Below are positions 32,106 through 41,989 of a DNA stretch of 64,000 nt, in pieces. The stretch's first letter is position 1; every line of letters begins with the position of its first letter. The stretch covers positions 1,189,080-1,253,079 of the forward strand of contig CAXXMV010000001.1 of NCBI GenBank assembly GCA_963662285.2. The letters are read 5' to 3'. The stretch comes from a bacterium. Its GTDB lineage: Bacteria > Hinthialibacterota > Hinthialibacteria > Hinthialibacterales > Hinthialibacteraceae. The notes under the pieces were generated by a model. The model saw only the letters and a list, made by a program, of their open reading frames with translations, did not search any database and had not been told where the DNA came from. A program made the translations under genes and the position numbers.

Positions 32106-32710
32106 AACAGATTAATTTAGCGCCGCATTACTACCAAATCAATAAAGGCGCATCTATCCATCCATTTTGGAAGCATTTCGTAGTTATTACCTTGATCCTT
32201 ACTTTTCTATCCCTCGGTTTTCCCATTTATTATCATATAGTGCTGGTGGATTATAGAGCCAGTTTGGCGCGAATGGAGCATAGGGCGCTGGAATTAAAGC
32301 CCATGTCGGATCAGTTCACCCAGACCGCAACCACCAGGCGCCTCTTACAGGAAGAAATTCAGCTGCTTAAAAGTCAGATGACATCAGATCAATTGGACAA
32401 CTCCCTGTATACGGAATCCCATCCCAAAATCACTCAAACCTTGCAAGCCGTTATAGAATCGATGCCCGATGATGTCTGGCTTCATAAAATTGATTGTGAT
32501 TATACTATGCAGACAGTGATTCTCACCGGTTCCACAATATCTAAAGAAGTATTTCAAACATTCCTGGATAACGGTTTGATGAAAAAAGAGATACTGGATA
32601 ACTTTTCAATTCAAAATTTAAGATGGGTGGAAAATCCTAAAGAGTTGCAATTCCAAATTTCCATTGATTTTTTGCACAAAGCGGATCAAGAGCCGAATTC
32701 GGGAGAATAA
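32102..32710 (+). CDS. pilN: PilN-like protein
   Basis: KQINL N-terminus, single TM helix, coiled coil, MPDDVWL motif. Confidence 0.8.
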   Translation: MKQINLAPHYYQINKGASIHPFWKHFVVITLILTFLSLGFPIYYHIVLVDYRASLARMEHRALELKPMSDQFTQTATTRRLLQEEIQLLKSQMTSDQLDNSLYTESHPKITQTLQAVIESMPDDVWLHKIDCDYTMQTVILTGSTISKEVFQTFLDNGLMKKEILDNFSIQNLRWVENPKELQFQISIDFLHKADQEPNSGE

Positions 32711-32711
32711 T

Positions 32712-33305
32712 ATGCGCTTGCCAGACTATATAGGAGAGCAATTATGCAACCCCCTGGAACTGCGGATACGGCTCATGCTTTACGCCAGCGTGGGGCTTTT
32801 GGTCTATTTTATTTTCGATTTCAGTGGTTCATACTATTCCAAAGACTATACTCTTGTTAAAGAAAAGATTGAGGATATTCAAAATGAGATCGAAACATCA
32901 GCTGCCTTGGTTCAAGAACTGCCCAACATCAATGTATCTATCGTACAATTGCAAAATGAATTGGCGCTTCTACGGAAAGACAAGCAGGAATGGATAGATC
33001 GAATCATTCTTTGCAACGAAAATTCTCTAGTAAACATATTTAATAATCAGAATACCGCCCGGAATCCCTTTAATCAATTTCATGTTCAAAAGGGCGCCTC
33101 GATCCAATCGATGGTACACTATATATATACTGTGGAATTGAATGGACAGTTCCAGGATATTCTGCAACTTTTTAATCGTTTGGATGACTCGCCATGCAGA
33201 TGGAATGTATCTGCGTGGACTCTGGACGTCAATACAGAGAATAGAGAATTATTAATAGGTTCAGTAGTAATAGATATTTATAAACGGATAGAGGAAAAAT
33301 CATGA
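32712..33305 (+). CDS. PilO/MshJ-like protein
   Basis: TM helix, coiled coil, ELNGQFQDILQLFNRL motif; follows pilN; GGAG RBS before ATG 32712. Confidence 0.7.
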   Translation: MRLPDYIGEQLCNPLELRIRLMLYASVGLLVYFIFDFSGSYYSKDYTLVKEKIEDIQNEIETSAALVQELPNINVSIVQLQNELALLRKDKQEWIDRIILCNENSLVNIFNNQNTARNPFNQFHVQKGASIQSMVHYIYTVELNGQFQDILQLFNRLDDSPCRWNVSAWTLDVNTENRELLIGSVVIDIYKRIEEKS

Positions 33306-33931
33306 GAGGACTCTTTTCGCTTGCCATAATATTAATTACTTGTTCATTTTCTATAGCGCAAGATAATGCTCTACAAAATAAAATAGACCGTAATCCATTC
33401 AATAGAAACAAGACTACGCTTGAACCTTCTTCAACCCAGATAAAGGAAGTCAGCGCGCCCATACCGGTTCCCGGTGCGGCGCCAGAGGAAGAAAAGTTAA
33501 TAATCCGGCCTGCTATTCCTCAGATATTAAACGATCTGCGTTCAATCGCCATCGCGAAGAATGGTAAACGCCTGGCTCTTTTTGGACGGCGCATCATTGC
33601 TCTGGATGAAGAGATTGAAGGCTTTCGCGTGACTGCCATATCATTGGATAAAGTGATTCTGGCGCGAAACAATGAAGAATTGGTCATCAAAATAGATGAT
33701 GCATCTAAAAATAGAGACCGCAATATTAAAAATAATCAGGTTCAAAATAATAGTAATGCAACAGAACAAAACTGGTCATCGATTTTTGGATCACTGAATC
33801 CTGATGGCGCGATGAATATGGATGATGACTCTATGAATATGCTTAACCGTATAAATCAGATTCGCGGCGTCATTCAACCTTTTTTGGATAAAACAATGCA
33901 AAACAATGCTCCAGCTGAGAGGCGGCGATGA
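33302..33931 (+). CDS. MshK/PilP-like protein
   Basis: Signal peptide, RNPF motif, LRSIAI...IEGFRVTAISLDKVIL beta domain; precedes the secretin. Confidence 0.65.
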   Translation: MRGLFSLAIILITCSFSIAQDNALQNKIDRNPFNRNKTTLEPSSTQIKEVSAPIPVPGAAPEEEKLIIRPAIPQILNDLRSIAIAKNGKRLALFGRRIIALDEEIEGFRVTAISLDKVILARNNEELVIKIDDASKNRDRNIKNNQVQNNSNATEQNWSSIFGSLNPDGAMNMDDDSMNMLNRINQIRGVIQPFLDKTMQNNAPAERRR

Positions 33932-35496
33932 AAATACCCGGCATTATAATATCAGTATTTATTATCGTATCGATTCATGCTTTCGGGGATAATCCCGCTG
34001 CATCGAAGAACAATACAAATCCACAGGCTTCAGCCAGTGATACGCTGGTGTCTTTAAATATGCCGGATGTTTTTGTGGTTGATGCTCTTCGTATGCTGGC
34101 CAAACTTGAAGGCTTGAATATTATTATCGATGAAAAAGTGCAGGGGACTACCAATTTATTTTTCCAGGATGTTCCATTTCAGGATGCCTGGAACGCAGTA
34201 ATGATGAGCGCTGCTTTATCTGAAAAGCGACAAGGCGGGATAATCAATATCTTCCCGGCGCCGCAAATACTTGACGCTTCTCCCCTATTACAGACAAAAG
34301 TAATCAAATTGAAATATATTTCTCTGGGATCTGATTCACTATCAAGCGGAGGGGGAGCGTCAGGACAAACATCAACCAATTATCAATCTTCATCAGGCGA
34401 CGTTGGTGGAGGATTGAATCGCGATGATCCTGAAAACAAAACGCCTATAGATCAAATCCTGACAGATTCTTTCGGCGAAAATTTACTAAAAGTCTCTAAA
34501 GATGAACGCACCAATCAACTGGTTTTAACCGGTTCAACCGAGACGCTGGAAGCGGCCATCCAGTTGATCAATGCTTTGGATCACCCCTCAGAACAAATCC
34601 TGATTGAAGCCAAAGTTATTCAAGCTCGAAAAAGCGCCTTGGATGACATCGGGATTAACTGGGGAGGAATCTACACGATCAGCAATTCCGGCAACTCTAC
34701 ACTTTCAAGCAACCGCACCGAAAGTGAACCCCTCGGCTCGATTGTGGAAACCATGCAGCAAAACGGCAGTTTTTCATCTAACTTATCCAGTTTCAATGTA
34801 ACGGTTTCCGCTTTAATCGAGCGCGGCGACGCGCATGTTTTGTTCAGCCCGCGCGTTGTTACTCAGAATAATCAGGAAGCCTTCATCTCATCCGGTCAGG
34901 AAATTCAGATTCCATCGGGATTGGATATTAACGGCAACTCGACATTCCGTGAGCGGCAGGTAACTTTGGAATTAGGCGTAACGCCACGCGTCTTAGCCGA
35001 TTCCTTGCTTAGGTTAACCATACGCCTTCGCAACGATAGCATCAATTACGCCCAGCAACAGATAAGCGGCGTCCCTCCATTGGATGTCAATTCTGTAGAA
35101 TCCATCGTTACGCTTCATGATGAGGATACGGTTGTTATTGGCGGAATTATCACCAGACAGGATAGTTACAATACCTTCAATGTCCCCTTGCTCTCCAAAA
35201 TTCCATTGCTGGGTATGGCTTTCCGCCAGAAAGAAAAGCAGTTGGATAATTCAGAACTATTGATTATGATCAAACCAACCGTAGTAACCAAAGAGAATAA
35301 AAACACTATAGAGCATTCATTGACAAATTCATCTACTTTTGGTGATGCATCCGAGATTTTTGATAATCCCAAGACGGTGAATTATAAAACTGAAGAGCAG
35401 AATATACCGGACAATTCTTCATCCGTTAAATTTGAAAAAAAGCGCAAAAGTTTTATCGGTTCTAAACGATTTGGTCTTAGGCGTCAGGAAGAATAA
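33928..35496 (+). CDS. Secretin (PilQ/MshL/GspD family)
   Basis: DERTNQLV, QILIEAKV, GINW, SPRVVTQNNQEA, VVIGGI and VPLLSKIPLLG..FR motifs. Confidence 0.92.
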   Translation: MKIPGIIISVFIIVSIHAFGDNPAASKNNTNPQASASDTLVSLNMPDVFVVDALRMLAKLEGLNIIIDEKVQGTTNLFFQDVPFQDAWNAVMMSAALSEKRQGGIINIFPAPQILDASPLLQTKVIKLKYISLGSDSLSSGGGASGQTSTNYQSSSGDVGGGLNRDDPENKTPIDQILTDSFGENLLKVSKDERTNQLVLTGSTETLEAAIQLINALDHPSEQILIEAKVIQARKSALDDIGINWGGIYTISNSGNSTLSSNRTESEPLGSIVETMQQNGSFSSNLSSFNVTVSALIERGDAHVLFSPRVVTQNNQEAFISSGQEIQIPSGLDINGNSTFRERQVTLELGVTPRVLADSLLRLTIRLRNDSINYAQQQISGVPPLDVNSVESIVTLHDEDTVVIGGIITRQDSYNTFNVPLLSKIPLLGMAFRQKEKQLDNSELLIMIKPTVVTKENKNTIEHSLTNSSTFGDASEIFDNPKTVNYKTEEQNIPDNSSSVKFEKKRKSFIGSKRFGLRRQEE

Positions 35497-35516
35497 ATAT
35501 TTATTATTTGTGAACT

Positions 35517-37169
35517 ATGAACTCCAAAAAAAAAATCGGCCAATTATTGATCGAACACGGGCATTTAAGCCAGACTCAGCTTGAATCGGCCTTATCCAGA
35601 CAAACTCCTGCCAAGCGTATTGGAGAGGTTTTTCAAGATATGGGGATGCTCACCGAGCAACAAATACTGGAGAGCCTTTCCAGGCAATATGATATCCCTT
35701 GCATGAAATCAGAGATGTTTCTGATTGATCCCCTGGTGGTTGAACTGGTTCCCGAACAGATCGCCCGGCGGAATAATGTGGCGCCTCTTTTTTTAGTTGA
35801 TCAGGAACTTACCATAGCGGTCAACGATCCAACCAACGTTATTGTTTTTGATGAATTACGCAAAGTAACCGGATTTCGCATCAATTATGTATTAGCAACC
35901 AGCGCAGCTATTAAAAAAGCCTTGGATGAATATTATTCCGTGGCCCAGTCAATCGAAGATGTGATTGACTCCTTCGAAGGAAATACTCCAGTTATCGGCG
36001 AGGATGATGCGCCAGCTGTGCGTCTGGTAAATCAGATTCTATATCAATCGATGAAACTTAGCGCCAGCGATATCCATGTTGAACAAGGCGATAATACCTG
36101 TCGCGTCCGCTTTAGAATCGATGGAATCCTGCATGAAATTTTCAGTCCTCCTCCCAAGATGGGCGTGGTTATTGTCTCGCGCCTGAAAATAATGGCCAAG
36201 TTGGATATTTCAGAAAAAAGACTGCCTCAAGATGGACGTTTCACCATCACTATTGGAGAACGGATTGTTGATGTCAGGTTATCCACATTGCCAACAGTTC
36301 ATGGAGAAAAAGTCGTCTTGAGGATATTGGATAAATCATCTCTACAAGTTGGATTGGACCGCATCGGTTTGGATCAAAATGAAATTAAACAGGTTAAATC
36401 CATATTAGGCGCTTCTTATGGTTTGCTTTTGGTTACCGGTCCGACCGGCAGCGGCAAAACCACATCGCTCTATAGTATGATTCGTCATCTTGCGTCTCCA
36501 TCTAAGAATATCGTCACGGTTGAAGACCCTGTCGAATATGAATTCCCCAATATCAATCAGGTGCAGGTCAATGCAAAAGTTAATTTGACTTTTTCGCGTG
36601 CATTGCGCTCCATATTACGGCAAGACCCTGACATTATCCTCATTGGTGAAATCCGTGACGAAGAAACCGCCGCTATCGCCATCCGCTCCGCTTTAACCGG
36701 ACATTTCGTCTTAAGCACGTTGCACACTAATGACGCCATCAGTTCAATAGGCCGATTGATCGATATGTCCATCGAACCATACTTGCTGGCATCATCTCTG
36801 GTCGGCGTTATTGCGCAAAGACTGGTGCGTACGGTTTGCCGGGAATGCGTAAGCTACGTTGATCCCGATCCAAAGGTTTTGGAGAGTTTGGGCATCGAAC
36901 CATCCGGCGACTATCGCTGGGCTGAGCCGAAAGGCTGCAATCGATGCAATTTTACGGGGTACAAAGGCCGTACCGCAATTTTTGAAATACTGCCAATCAC
37001 CGATAATATCCGGCAAATGATATTGGATTCAAAGTCGTCGGTTGAGATTCGCGAGACCGCAGCTCAAGCCGGATTATCATCCTTAAAATCGGTTGGCTTA
37101 AAAAAAGTGCTGCAAGGCGTCACCACTCTTCAAGAGATTGAACAAGTGACTTCATGCGAAGAGGCTTGA
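35517..37169 (+). CDS. pilB: Pilus assembly ATPase PilB/MshE/GspE with N-terminal MshEN domain
   Basis: ASDIHVE, RLPQDGR, Walker A GPTGSGKTT, EDPVEY, LRQDPD, GEIRD, tetracysteine motif and GYKGR. Confidence 0.95.
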   Translation: MNSKKKIGQLLIEHGHLSQTQLESALSRQTPAKRIGEVFQDMGMLTEQQILESLSRQYDIPCMKSEMFLIDPLVVELVPEQIARRNNVAPLFLVDQELTIAVNDPTNVIVFDELRKVTGFRINYVLATSAAIKKALDEYYSVAQSIEDVIDSFEGNTPVIGEDDAPAVRLVNQILYQSMKLSASDIHVEQGDNTCRVRFRIDGILHEIFSPPPKMGVVIVSRLKIMAKLDISEKRLPQDGRFTITIGERIVDVRLSTLPTVHGEKVVLRILDKSSLQVGLDRIGLDQNEIKQVKSILGASYGLLLVTGPTGSGKTTSLYSMIRHLASPSKNIVTVEDPVEYEFPNINQVQVNAKVNLTFSRALRSILRQDPDIILIGEIRDEETAAIAIRSALTGHFVLSTLHTNDAISSIGRLIDMSIEPYLLASSLVGVIAQRLVRTVCRECVSYVDPDPKVLESLGIEPSGDYRWAEPKGCNRCNFTGYKGRTAIFEILPITDNIRQMILDSKSSVEIRETAAQAGLSSLKSVGLKKVLQGVTTLQEIEQVTSCEEA

Positions 37170-37173
37170 TCTG

Positions 37174-38394
37174 ATGCCAAATTTCTACTACCTGGCCTGC
37201 ACGGAACAAGGCGATAAGGTTAAAGGCCGCGAATCCGCCGACAATCATCGCCAGGTTTTGTCGCGTCTGGAAGAGAAGAAACTCTATCCTATACATATCT
37301 ATTCTGATAAAGACGCTCCCAAAACAAACAGCGTGGAAAATGAGATATCCAGGCGTCTACCGGTACCCCAGAAGAAACTATCCATGATGTTCGATCAATT
37401 ATCCATGATGTTAAGTTCGGGCATCTCCATTGTAGAAGCGCTGCAATCGATAGAAGATCAAACTCCCAATATCAGGTTACAGGAAACTCTATCCAAGATA
37501 CGCTTAATGGTTGAAGAAGGCATCCCTCTACATATCGCCATGCGTGAACAGTCAGATATATTCGACGAAGCCACCCTGCGCATTATCGAAGTAGGAGAGC
37601 ATATCGGTCAGTTAGATGTATCCTTAAGCCGATTATCAGCCATGATTGAATTCGATATCATGATTCAAAAACGTTTCTCAGAGGCGACGCGCTACCCTAA
37701 AATTGTATTATCAACCTTAGGCGCAGCGGCCTGCTTGTTGGCATCGGTAGTTGTTCCGCGCTTTGCGAATATGTATACCAACTCCAGTATTGCATTGCCC
37801 TTGCCGACCAGAATCCTACTGGGATCGTATGATGTAGTCCGGGTTTATTGGCCGCTGATTATTGCTATGGGGCTTGTGGGCTTCGCCGTTTTTCTGATTC
37901 TCAAAAAACACCCGGCGACATCAAGACGCATCGAAGAAACAATCCTACGCATCCCTGTTTGGGGAGCATTAAGACTTCATATTGAATTGAGTAGAATATT
38001 CCGGATACTATCCATTTTAATTGATAGCGGCGTTGATATATTAAGTTCATTTAAGCTGATTTCTCAAATTTCTAAAACAGGAATTATCTCTGCCGCTATC
38101 ATAGATGCACGGGCTAAACTGGAAAAAGGTCAATCAATGGCATCCGCTCTGGATGATATTCCGTTTTTCCCCAGAATGGCGCGACGCATGATCCTGTTAG
38201 GAGAAAAGAGCGGGAAACTAAGCGAGAGTTTGTTGAAATTATCTGAAATATACGAGAAAGATACTCAATCAAAAATCAAAACAATCAGCAGCTTGTTGGA
38301 GCCTCTATTAATTGTTTTAATAGGTATAATTATTTTAATATTCGCTTTAGCCATATTTCTTCCGATGTGGGATTTAATTAAAGTCATTAAATAA
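37174..38394 (+). CDS. pilC: Inner-membrane platform protein PilC/MshG/GspF
   Basis: QLSMMLSSGI, GEHIGQL, YPKIV, LPLPT, GEKSGKL, LLEP and LAIFLPMW motifs. Confidence 0.93.
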   Translation: MPNFYYLACTEQGDKVKGRESADNHRQVLSRLEEKKLYPIHIYSDKDAPKTNSVENEISRRLPVPQKKLSMMFDQLSMMLSSGISIVEALQSIEDQTPNIRLQETLSKIRLMVEEGIPLHIAMREQSDIFDEATLRIIEVGEHIGQLDVSLSRLSAMIEFDIMIQKRFSEATRYPKIVLSTLGAAACLLASVVVPRFANMYTNSSIALPLPTRILLGSYDVVRVYWPLIIAMGLVGFAVFLILKKHPATSRRIEETILRIPVWGALRLHIELSRIFRILSILIDSGVDILSSFKLISQISKTGIISAAIIDARAKLEKGQSMASALDDIPFFPRMARRMILLGEKSGKLSESLLKLSEIYEKDTQSKIKTISSLLEPLLIVLIGIIILIFALAIFLPMWDLIKVIK

Positions 38395-38398
38395 GCGG

Positions 38399-38427
38399 TT
38401 AGAGCGCTATGATGAAAACAACTCTAA
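38399..38427. repeat. TA-flanked palindromic element, minimal copy
   Basis: ttagagcgct...atgaaaacaactctaa; ends match those of the 1418-1533 element. Confidence 0.6.
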
Positions 38428-38440
38428 AGAAGACTATAGA

Positions 38441-40039
38441 ATGAAAGTACTTGTTGTTGACGACGACCATGATATCCGTAATCTTCTGAAAGTAATTTTA
38501 CTGGCCAGCGGTCATGATGTGGTCGATTGTTATGATGCGCACAGCGCCTATGAAATATGCAAGAAAGAAACTTTTTCTTTAATTGTGCTTGATTGGGAAC
38601 TAGGTGAAATAAGTGGAATATCGCTCTGTCGCCGTATTCGCGCTCTGCCGCATGGACAACAAAGCGTCATCCTGATGTTCACTGGCCGGAATTCTCCTGA
38701 AGACCTGCAAACCATCATGGAAGCCGGTGCGGATGATTACCTTTCTAAACCGGTAGACGCCAAACTCCTGAAAGTTCGCATTAGAATATCAGAAAGCCAG
38801 GCTGAAAATAAATCTGCGCGCATCAAGGCGGAACAGCAACTGGCTGAGACCAGAGCCAAAGAGATTGATATCGGTTCTAAAATCCAACAAAACCTCCTTT
38901 TAGGAATCCCCCCGCAGGATAATGCCGGGCTTCAGATATACGCTCATTCAATTCCATCTCAGAAAATTGACGGCGATTTCTATGATTTCTATGAGCATAA
39001 CGATGATTGCATTGATATCGTGGTCGGCGATGTCATGGGGAAAGGCATTCCCGCTGCGCTGTTGGGAGCGGCGGTTAAAAGCCGCCTGCTCCATGCCATC
39101 AACCGGCTTAAAACAAAAACTCTTGGAAAACCTCCAAAAACCTGCGATATCTTGACTATCGTTCAATCCACTATCACTGACAATCTTATCGAGTTGGGCA
39201 AATTCGTTACCTTATGTTACGCCCGCTTTATTCTTTCGGAACAACGGCTGGTTTTCGTCAGCTGCGGTCATACCCGTACCCTGCATTATCATAGCGACAC
39301 GGGAACCTGCGAACTGCTCTCAGGAGATAACCTGCCTATTGGCGTCATTTATAATGAAACTTTTAATGAAATTACAGTTGAATATAAACCGGGTGATATT
39401 ATTCTGTTCTATTCCGATGGCATCACCGAAGCGAGAAACCGCGTTGGCGTTCTATATGGTGAAGAATTGTTATCCAAATTCATTCAACAAAATAACCAAT
39501 TGGAATTAGAACAATTAGTTAGTTCTCTCAATAAGGATGTTGAAAGGTTTGCAAAAATTAATGCATCCCATGACGACCGTACCTGCGTCGCCATACGAAT
39601 TGCAGACCATTCTGTCAATGTCATCAATTCCGATGTTCTGGAGATTAAAAGCGCTAAAGGCGAGTTGAAACTGATACGAAACTTTACCAGAGATTTTTGC
39701 ATCAACCAATTTGGCGATAGAATTGATCCGGTGCTTCTCAATCGCATCATTCTTGCCGTTAACGAGGCGTCTAGTAATATTATGAGACATGCCTATCATA
39801 ACCAATCAGGACGCCCGGTTAGAATAACTGCCAGTGCAAAAAAGGATGATATTGAATTCAATTTAATTCACGAAGGATTATCTTTCACTCCGCCGCCGCT
39901 CGATCCACAAAGTTTGTTAAAACCCAAACCCGGTGGAATGGGTTTGTATATCATTAATGATGTAATGGATGACGTGAAATATATTAATGAAGAAAATGGC
40001 AAAAACCGCATCCAACTATTGAAATATATTAAGGAATAA
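38441..40039 (+). CDS. Response regulator receiver - PP2C (SpoIIE) phosphatase - RsbW-type Ser kinase fusion (HsbR-like)
   Basis: REC domain (VVDDD, VLDW, GADDYLSKP); PP2C domain (GDFYD, GDVMGKG, YSDGITEA, DDRT); HATPase domain (AVNEASSNIMRHAY, GGMGLYII). Confidence 0.92.
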   Translation: MKVLVVDDDHDIRNLLKVILLASGHDVVDCYDAHSAYEICKKETFSLIVLDWELGEISGISLCRRIRALPHGQQSVILMFTGRNSPEDLQTIMEAGADDYLSKPVDAKLLKVRIRISESQAENKSARIKAEQQLAETRAKEIDIGSKIQQNLLLGIPPQDNAGLQIYAHSIPSQKIDGDFYDFYEHNDDCIDIVVGDVMGKGIPAALLGAAVKSRLLHAINRLKTKTLGKPPKTCDILTIVQSTITDNLIELGKFVTLCYARFILSEQRLVFVSCGHTRTLHYHSDTGTCELLSGDNLPIGVIYNETFNEITVEYKPGDIILFYSDGITEARNRVGVLYGEELLSKFIQQNNQLELEQLVSSLNKDVERFAKINASHDDRTCVAIRIADHSVNVINSDVLEIKSAKGELKLIRNFTRDFCINQFGDRIDPVLLNRIILAVNEASSNIMRHAYHNQSGRPVRITASAKKDDIEFNLIHEGLSFTPPPLDPQSLLKPKPGGMGLYIINDVMDDVKYINEENGKNRIQLLKYIKE

Positions 40040-40043
40040 TAAA

Positions 40044-40385
40044 ATGTCTGACACAATTATCTCTATCGAACAAATTAAAAACATTAATATTATCACTTTC
40101 CTTAAAGATGAATTAGACGCAGACCGCGCCGAACAATTCTCCAGGGATACAGAGAGCGTCGTCCTCCCCGAAGCCAAAATCATTTTTGATATGTCTAATC
40201 TGAAATTTGTTGATAGTTCCGGGCTAGGCGCCATTCTAACCTTAATGCGGCGCCTGCAAGCAGTAAAAGGCGCCTTGCGCTTATGCTGCTTGACTGAAAC
40301 CGCCAAAGATATCCTGGAATTAGTGCGCCTTAACAGAGTATTTGATATCCATGAAACCAGACAAGACGCCTTAAACGAATTTTAA
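40044..40385 (+). CDS. STAS-domain anti-sigma-factor antagonist
   Basis: FDMSNLKFVDSSGLGAI contains the phosphorylatable Ser; 113 aa. Confidence 0.93.
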   Translation: MSDTIISIEQIKNINIITFLKDELDADRAEQFSRDTESVVLPEAKIIFDMSNLKFVDSSGLGAILTLMRRLQAVKGALRLCCLTETAKDILELVRLNRVFDIHETRQDALNEF

Positions 40386-40460
40386 TAATATTCTCTTGAA
40401 TTGGATATATATGACGAAGACTACTTTCGAATAAATTTCCTATATACTTTCAATTCACTT

Positions 40461-41234
40461 TCACAATATGGAGTCCAAACTGTCTATGGCTTTCATACGG
40501 CGTAATTCAAAATCTTGATATCGCCTGAACAACACGATGAAATTCGGAATGAATACAGCAACGCCAATGACGCCTGGCAATAAAAATGGATACCACAGAA
40601 ACCATCCTTCTCCATAGGCCATATAGACCAAACCAATAATCAGTAATGACAGTGAATAGAGAATCCCTATTGCGCCCAAAATTATAACAACTTTTTTCCC
40701 TTTTCCTTTTGGGACAAGAATTCCGGCGGCTATACCAAAAATCCCGCCAAAAATACCCAGAAACGTGCCTGGAATCCAGGAATATCCTTGATTTGCTGAA
40801 AAAGAAACGGTATCACCAATTTTGTATGTTTTAGCCGTTTTGATATTTGCGATGCTTACCATACCTGGACCATCAAATTTTATTGATGCATTATTTTCGA
40901 TTCCTGCATAAATAAAATCCAGAGGGCAATTATCTAATTGTTGTGATTGCTTACCACCTAATTTTAACTTTATAGGTTCATTCTTGTTGTAATCAATTCT
41001 AATTGCCTTAATGCCATCTTGCTCTTTAGTGCTAATCGTTATTCCTTCAGGTATTCTATCATTCTTGTTGGTTTGTTGTTTGCGCCAACCAGCACTACTT
41101 TCGAATTCGCTTGCAATCTCATTACTATCTTTCGATAAATCTGTTGAAATAGTATTAACAACGTTTTTAGTAACGGAGATGCTGACTATAGTAAATAGGG
41201 CAATAAGCACAATGATTATTGAATATTTTTTCAT
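40461..41234 (-). CDS. Hypothetical membrane protein
   Basis: N-terminal signal/TM segment, soluble domain, three C-terminal TM helices; 10 nt downstream of the DUF2089 gene. Confidence 0.7.
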   Translation of the reverse strand: MKKYSIIIVLIALFTIVSISVTKNVVNTISTDLSKDSNEIASEFESSAGWRKQQTNKNDRIPEGITISTKEQDGIKAIRIDYNKNEPIKLKLGGKQSQQLDNCPLDFIYAGIENNASIKFDGPGMVSIANIKTAKTYKIGDTVSFSANQGYSWIPGTFLGIFGGIFGIAAGILVPKGKGKKVVIILGAIGILYSLSLLIIGLVYMAYGEGWFLWYPFLLPGVIGVAVFIPNFIVLFRRYQDFELRRMKAIDSLDSIL

Positions 41235-41244
41235 TTTCCCATCC

Positions 41245-41556
41245 TTATCCAGCAGAAAGTTTTTTTAGTGATTGCTTATAGGCTTTCATCAATTTTTTTG
41301 CAGCGTTGGAAGTGATCACGCCATCGGTCATCATTACCTGAAGTCTTTTTTGAAACGGGTCATCGATTTTGGGATTATCCGCCGCTTTGACTTTTTCGAT
41401 TAAACGGTCAAGACGGATTCGCAGCGTTGGATACGTGATACCGTATTCCTCCGCCAGCGTCTTTAGTGAACCCGACGCCAAAACCAACCGCTTGATAAAT
41501 TGGATATCTTCATCATCCAACAATTGCAACCAGGTAGGTATTTCGCCATCCATCAT
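41245..41556 (-). CDS. DUF2089-family HTH protein
   Basis: L..ED..FIKRLVLASGSLK.LA..YGITYPTLR.RLDRLI signature. Confidence 0.85.
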   Translation of the reverse strand: MMDGEIPTWLQLLDDEDIQFIKRLVLASGSLKTLAEEYGITYPTLRIRLDRLIEKVKAADNPKIDDPFQKRLQVMMTDGVITSNAAKKLMKAYKQSLKKLSAG

Positions 41557-41591
41557 TTTTTCCTATTTTAATTTTATTAAACTACGCTTTA

Positions 41592-41647
41592 ATTATATTC
41601 AATTCCTGGAATTTGTCAACAATATTAAAATGTATTTTAATATTGTT
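41592..41647 (-). promoter_or_regulatory. Consensus sigma70 promoter with two palindromic operator candidates
   Basis: Minus strand TTGACA-N16-TATAAT (41619 to 41592); palindrome aattcc-t-ggaatt in the spacer; perfect 14-bp inverted repeat aacaatattaaaat-gt-attttaatattgtt at 41618-41647. Confidence 0.75.
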
Positions 41648-41896
41648 AAAGATGGAAGGTGCGATTAGTTTGGAGAAAAGTAAAAAAATCATTGAGAAAG
41701 TACACCCATCTCTTAGTATTGGGCGTGAACTAGGAGATAGTTACAGCGTCAAATTATCACCAATCGTTGTTGAATCCTATTTGCAAACAGCGAAAAAGAA
41801 TGACTTATTATAGGAAACAAGCCATTAAAGATGAATTAGAACGTCAAAACATGAAAAACAATAGATAAATAAACAAAAAACTGTAAGATATATCGC

Positions 41897-41950
41897 ATAG
41901 AGAGGTTTGCATAATCGCCAATCAGAACATTATTATGACAACTACTCTAA
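41897..41950. repeat. TA-flanked palindromic element, short copy
   Basis: tagagaggtttgcataat ... attatgacaactactcta; 38-nt near-identity with 1496-1533. Confidence 0.8.
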
Positions 41951-41989
41951 CCGATTAAGTAAACATTTATTAAACGAGAGCGTTATAAC

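Noticed and set aside
41613-41870. 66-aa ORF or possible gene remnant
   Set aside because: Starts inside the promoter palindrome and has no recognisable family; a decayed gene cannot be excluded but is unsupported.
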